A stretch of DNA of 6,053 nucleotides from contig RQSC01001025.1 of the NCBI GenBank assembly GCA_013416795.1, forward strand, positions 1 to 6,053, written 5' to 3'. The notes below the pieces were generated by a model. It had not been told where the DNA came from. It saw only the letters and a list, made by a program, of their open reading frames with translations, and made no database searches. Shown here one piece after another: positions 3,901 to 6,053 of this stretch. Numbering within the stretch: the stretch's first letter is position 1; each line of letters begins with the position of its first letter. The stretch comes from Prasinococcaceae sp. CCMP 1430 (Eukaryota > Plantae > Prasinodermophyta). The position numbers and the translations under genes were made by a program.

Positions 3901-6052
3901 TCGGGCTACAGCGATAGGGTGGTTGGCTCGGGGGATAGTGTCCCGGTTCCAAATCTATCTCGAATTCGGGGATGTTGGGTAGCTCGTCGTACGTGAAATC
4001 ACCACGAAAACGGGTACGGTACTGCCAGAGAAGACGCAGGAAGCGTTCTTTCTGGGTATCTGTTTCGAAGTGTGTCCAGTCGATTGCTGCTACTTTGAGT
4101 ATTTTTTGGAACACTGGGAAGTATTTGTCGTCGGGGTCAGCCCATGGGGTTGGGATAGGGCCATTGTCCGAGGACGGTGCATGCGTCGACATGTCATTGC
4201 CAGTCGTTTTTTGTTGGACCTCTTCCGGTATGCTAGAGTAAACGTGCAGAAAGTTACACTCCACGGGAAGGGTTTCAACCGGTCCGTCAGGCAGAAGCCA
4301 GTAGGCTTTGTCTACGGTGATGGAGTCATCAGCTCGGAATGTGTAAATCGGTTTTGATGTGCTTAGTATGACTTCCTTACGACTGGGATTCGTGACTTCA
4401 CACATGATCGTGTTGTCGACGATGTCAGCCACTCCTGCTTTCACAAATGCGAGGTGCGGGTACCGAGATTCAGCATCGGGGTGCGGGTACACCCAGCCAC
4501 GTGTGCCAGACGGGACTAGGGTGGTGGTCCGAAGCAAAAATCGTACTATCGTTAGTGCAGGTATGGTGACTTTACGCACTGGGCGAAGATCTGAGGTTAG
4601 TGGGATATGGGGTTGGGCGGTCTCAACCGGTTCAGCCCAGAAGTAAGGGCGTTCCGGGGTAGGTGTCATCTGCAATGGTACGACTCCGTCGTCGATGTGC
4701 ATACGTTGATTTTTCAAATCGAGACATGTGTCCTTGAGAAAATCCATGCCAGCTAGTACGTCGAAGGGGATGTGAGGTACGACGTAGCACGTGATGGTGG
4801 ATGTGACTGGGCCAATGCTCGATTGAAATACGAGAGGGAGTGTGACGGTTGCGCTAGGTCGGACACGGCCTCCTAAGCCTTGCAGAATAATGTTCGTGTC
4901 CGGTGAGAGCGGGACGACTGTCCATTCACGCAGTCGTGCCTCGAATGCCGAGACTAGCGAGCATTGCGAGCCGGTGTCGAGAAAGATTGAGGTTTCTTTG
5001 TCATGGACGGTGGCATCAGCCGTTGGGGTCGTAGGCCCTTTCGGGAGATGTACCGTGTAAATTGTGGCAACCTCGTTACGGTGCCGGCGTGCATGTCGTG
5101 CTTTGTTTTTCCGGCGTCGTCGTGCCGTGATTTGCGCATCCATGGCAGTGAGTGTCGCCAGGAGCTCAGCATCTGGATCTCTGGGATCAATTTGAGGTTC
5201 GTGACTGTTTTTGGATTTGGGTTTGGGTGTGGGTGTGACCTGTACTGCCAATGCCGGGTATGCTTCGTCATCGTAATTTTCTTCGGTGTACGTTGGTCTT
5301 GCATTTTCACCAGCAGGAATGTACTGATGCGAAGTGCGGGATGACAGTGGGTCATAGTAAGAGAGTGGGTGGGGCCATATGTCTTTGGTTTTGGAGGAGG
5401 CATGTGGGACGCGTGAGCGGTGGGGTGGTGGTAAGGGTGCCCATTTGACGTGCCGTGGAGGTGTAGGTAACACGGAATGCGATATGGACGGGGCAGACTC
5501 CGGAGTCAGCTCGGATACGGGCATGTACTCCGGGGTTTGAGTTGAGGTAGGGGATGAGAAATGTACGTCTGGGTGTCCGGTGACGACGTATGTGATCGTA
5601 GGCGGTGGGATGATTTGAGGTTGTGGAACCATGTGAGGTGGTGGATACGGAAGCAAGTGATGCGGTGTGTTTGGAGTTGGCATGTAAGGTATGGGAACAC
5701 GTCGCTGATGAGGTAGGAGGGCGTGTATCTCGGGGCAGTTTTTTAAGGGGTGTGGGTGGTAACACAGACCACAAACATTGTATGGATAGGGTGGTTGAAA
5801 AGATTGTGGGTATAGAGTGCGAAGCACAGGACATTGCTGTGTCCTGTGATCGTTTGTGAGGTCTGTGTGGAAATGGCAAAACATTGTGCTGTATGTGCGA
5901 GGAGTGTGCCTCGGTGTTGCTATTGTGGCTGTGATTGGTGATGAGGTGTGGTGTGTAGTGATGCCGGTGGTGGCTTGCGACGGTGCCTGGACCGGTCGCG
6001 TCCCTTCACATGGAGGGACTAAGCCTAGTTTTTGAACTTGGGTGTCTGTATG
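977..6052 (-). CDS. gag-pol: Gag-Pol polyprotein, 5'-partial (at least 1691 aa visible; 1635 aa from the ATG at 5884)
   Basis: ORF track 977..5884. Manual translation of 5885-6052 in the same frame has no stop (HTDTQVQKLGLVPPCEG...PRTYST-MFCH), so the real start is probably outside the window. Stop is TAG at 979-977. Contains recognisable PR, RT, RH and IN motifs. Confidence 0.97.
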   Translation of the reverse strand, partial: HTDTQVQKLGLVPPCEGTRPVQAPSQATTGITTHHTSSPITATIATPRHTPRTYSTMFCHFHTDLTNDHRTQQCPVLRTLYPQSFQPPYPYNVCGLCYHPHPLKNCPEIHALLPHQRRVPIPYMPTPNTPHHLLPYPPPHMVPQPQIIPPPTITYVVTGHPDVHFSSPTSTQTPEYMPVSELTPESAPSISHSVLPTPPRHVKWAPLPPPHRSRVPHASSKTKDIWPHPLSYYDPLSSRTSHQYIPAGENARPTYTEENYDDEAYPALAVQVTPTPKPKSKNSHEPQIDPRDPDAELLATLTAMDAQITARRRRKNKARHARRHRNEVATIYTVHLPKGPTTPTADATVHDKETSIFLDTGSQCSLVSAFEARLREWTVVPLSPDTNIILQGLGGRVRPSATVTLPLVFQSSIGPVTSTITCYVVPHIPFDVLAGMDFLKDTCLDLKNQRMHIDDGVVPLQMTPTPERPYFWAEPVETAQPHIPLTSDLRPVRKVTIPALTIVRFLLRTTTLVPSGTRGWVYPHPDAESRYPHLAFVKAGVADIVDNTIMCEVTNPSRKEVILSTSKPIYTFRADDSITVDKAYWLLPDGPVETLPVECNFLHVYSSIPEEVQQKTTGNDMSTHAPSSDNGPIPTPWADPDDKYFPVFQKILKVAAIDWTHFETDTQKERFLRLLWQYRTRFRGDFTYDELPNIPEFEIDLEPGHYPPSQPPYRCSPKDRELYRKTMAELLQRGFIRPMTGPYAAPVINVPKPRSTERRVCYDYRRLNKITKAMVYPIPRIDDYLDNLEGAKVFSSFDADTGFNQVRIRATDRHKTGFITPDASYEWMVLPFGPRNGPAHFQRCMNLVLSTMLWHGALVYIDDITIYSKTVEEHFTVLTDIFERFERFGIFLKPSKCTFFRREVTILGHVVDCDGVRPDPLKVEVLKQWPVPTSVKDIQRFLGLGNWYRKFIKNYSKRALPLTALNRDGLPDTDFQALWTAHPECNTAFNSIKDAVATAPVLAHPDFEKEFIVDVDASAYAIGGVLSQIGDDGHKHPVCFASKTLSKTQRKWPAIEREAYAVVSFVTFWRCYLLYKHFAVEGDHGPLTSLTKGEGKLRNDRVDKWNLRMTDYDWEYVYKKGSTNVPADALSRIETPVDLHIEDVDDDAEPAYAITTLTTPSSLVPDPLEAPLPLLLTDVEDRTRSVLDLCPEHPLCLSIMYLEQPDDVAGDPLSPEDLAVPSVIDLTEPIVDTTTHDESQGALVQSYDPREILPPSMGTEALSLIRSSIAAHPLYSRITPDNSGKALIAQLHTEGRYAPEYLAYMHHDGTDLMHVQGNAHRLVLTPDSAPTVIKLYHDPPQYGHLGTQKTHQRLVGRFWMYGLWRATQDYCKRCTVCQQFKASAIARVDQERHVSVEPLDVIHVDHVVALGKTNRGNEHLIMLSDSATNFCAGFACQDLGKITFARHFFEDYVMRYSTPRILITDGGPGLCADLVKELCSMYGMQHRTTAAYSPRANGQVERANQTIKKVLAKYVKEHGSDWDRFLPHALYSHNTSARADCGFSPFYLVYGREPRHPQDLSFPHLNPPLKPLDQGDLSFIEVIAKRRTLATDLLASVKNASQASQLDTYTRTHHTQPTHYKPGDEVWLHKPVVHGRTIKKHALSPIWTGPWRVVTMTAKGGHAEIRKVSARGGRGTNQTVPVDRLKPYYTV
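980..2080 (-). other. Integrase: HHCC zinc finger, DDE core, GPY/F-type C-terminus, no chromodomain
   Basis: H(2042-44)-x6-H(2021-23)-x29-C(1931-33)-x2-C(1922-24); D(1838-40)-x59-D(1658-60)-x35-E(1550-52); SPFYLVYGREP, YKPGDEVWL, WTGPWRV, and the end VDRLKPYYTV*. Confidence 0.96.
2657..3030 (-). other. RNase H domain
   Basis: VDVDASAYAIGGVLSQ (D at 3005-3007), EREAYAVV, VEGDHGPL, NVPADALSR: all four acidic active-site residues are present. Confidence 0.96.
3320..3960 (-). other. Reverse transcriptase domain (boundaries approximate)
   Basis: YAAPVINVPK, RVCYDYRRLN, YPIPRID, FDADTGFNQV, KTGF, LPFG, LVYIDDITIYS (YIDD at 3464-3475), LKPSKC, ILGHVV: the standard Ty3/Gypsy RT motif series. Confidence 0.98.
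4337..4580 (-). other. Degenerate dUTPase-like domain between protease and RT
   Basis: VTIPALTIV...KAGVADIVDNTIMCEVTNPSRKEVILSTSKPIYTF follows the trimeric dUTPase pattern (i.P.e...; GvID...geI.v.l.N......i..g.rIaQl), by eye only. GVAD is at 4424-4435. Confidence 0.55.
4680..5010 (-). other. Retropepsin-type aspartic protease domain (boundaries approximate)
   Basis: IFLDTGSQCSLVS with catalytic DTG at 4970-4978; flap-like IILQGLGGRV; downstream DVLAGMDFL matches the retropepsin (I/L)LG(M)DFL motif. Confidence 0.93.
5735..5878 (-). other. Gag nucleocapsid-like region with two atypical zinc knuckles
   Basis: CHFHTDLTNDHRTQQC (C-x2-H-x6-H-x4-C, 5831-5878) and CGLCYHPHPLKNC (C-x2-C-x3-H-x4-C, 5735-5773), upstream of the protease where NC is expected. 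Confidence 0.7.
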
Positions 6053-6053
6053 A

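Larger units (their letters stand above)
1..6053 (-). mobile_element. Ty3/Gypsy LTR retrotransposon, internal region (both termini unresolved; no chromodomain seen)
   Basis: Domain order PR-RT-RH-IN is diagnostic of Ty3/Gypsy (Copia is PR-IN-RT-RH). 977-6053 is certainly element. 1-976 is assigned by inference: the same G>>C skew on + continues (26 G vs 12 C in 1-60; 21 G vs 5 C in 901-960; 23 G vs 8 C in 5881-5940). Confidence 0.93.

Noticed and set aside
5249-5266. YPAL as a YPxL retroviral late domain
   Set aside because: A four-residue match in a Pro-rich region is expected by chance. There are no PTAP/PSAP or PPxY motifs and no env to suggest budding.
1303-5859. Remaining short overlapping ORFs inside gag-pol (e.g. 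1712..1966, 2349..2600, 2812..3153, 4070..4357, 4954..5403, 5003..5344, 5623..5859)
   Set aside because: Expected shadows of a long ORF with skewed composition; no domain similarity that I can recognise.
5882-5884. ATG at 5884 as the true start of the polyprotein
   Set aside because: The frame is open for at least 56 more codons to the window edge and no capsid domain is visible, so the gene is 5'-partial.

Overview
The window is the internal part of a eukaryotic Ty3/Gypsy (Metaviridae-type) LTR retrotransposon on the minus strand. One uninterrupted reading frame runs from beyond the right edge (I read it open to 6052, upstream of the ORF-track ATG at 5884) to a TAG at 977-979. It encodes, in order: two atypical zinc knuckles, a long Pro-rich spacer, aspartic protease (DTG), a degenerate dUTPase-like segment, RT (YIDD), RNase H, a 130-aa acidic insert with SIM-like motifs, and integrase (HHCC, D-59-D-35-E, GPY/F). 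It ends without a chromodomain. All catalytic residues I can check are present. The capsid part of Gag, the PBS and the 5' LTR lie outside the window. The 976 nt downstream of pol have no clear PPT+TG LTR start, but they contain a bulged hairpin, a TATA/Inr-like pair, a G4 motif, a six-unit 21-23 nt tandem array flanked by duplicated blocks, and a codon-periodic stretch running off the left edge. The best leads are the SIM-bearing acidic insert, the dUTPase-like relic, an in-phase A_AAA_AAC slip site that would yield a Gag-only product, and the structured 3' region. All come from reading by eye and none is confirmed.
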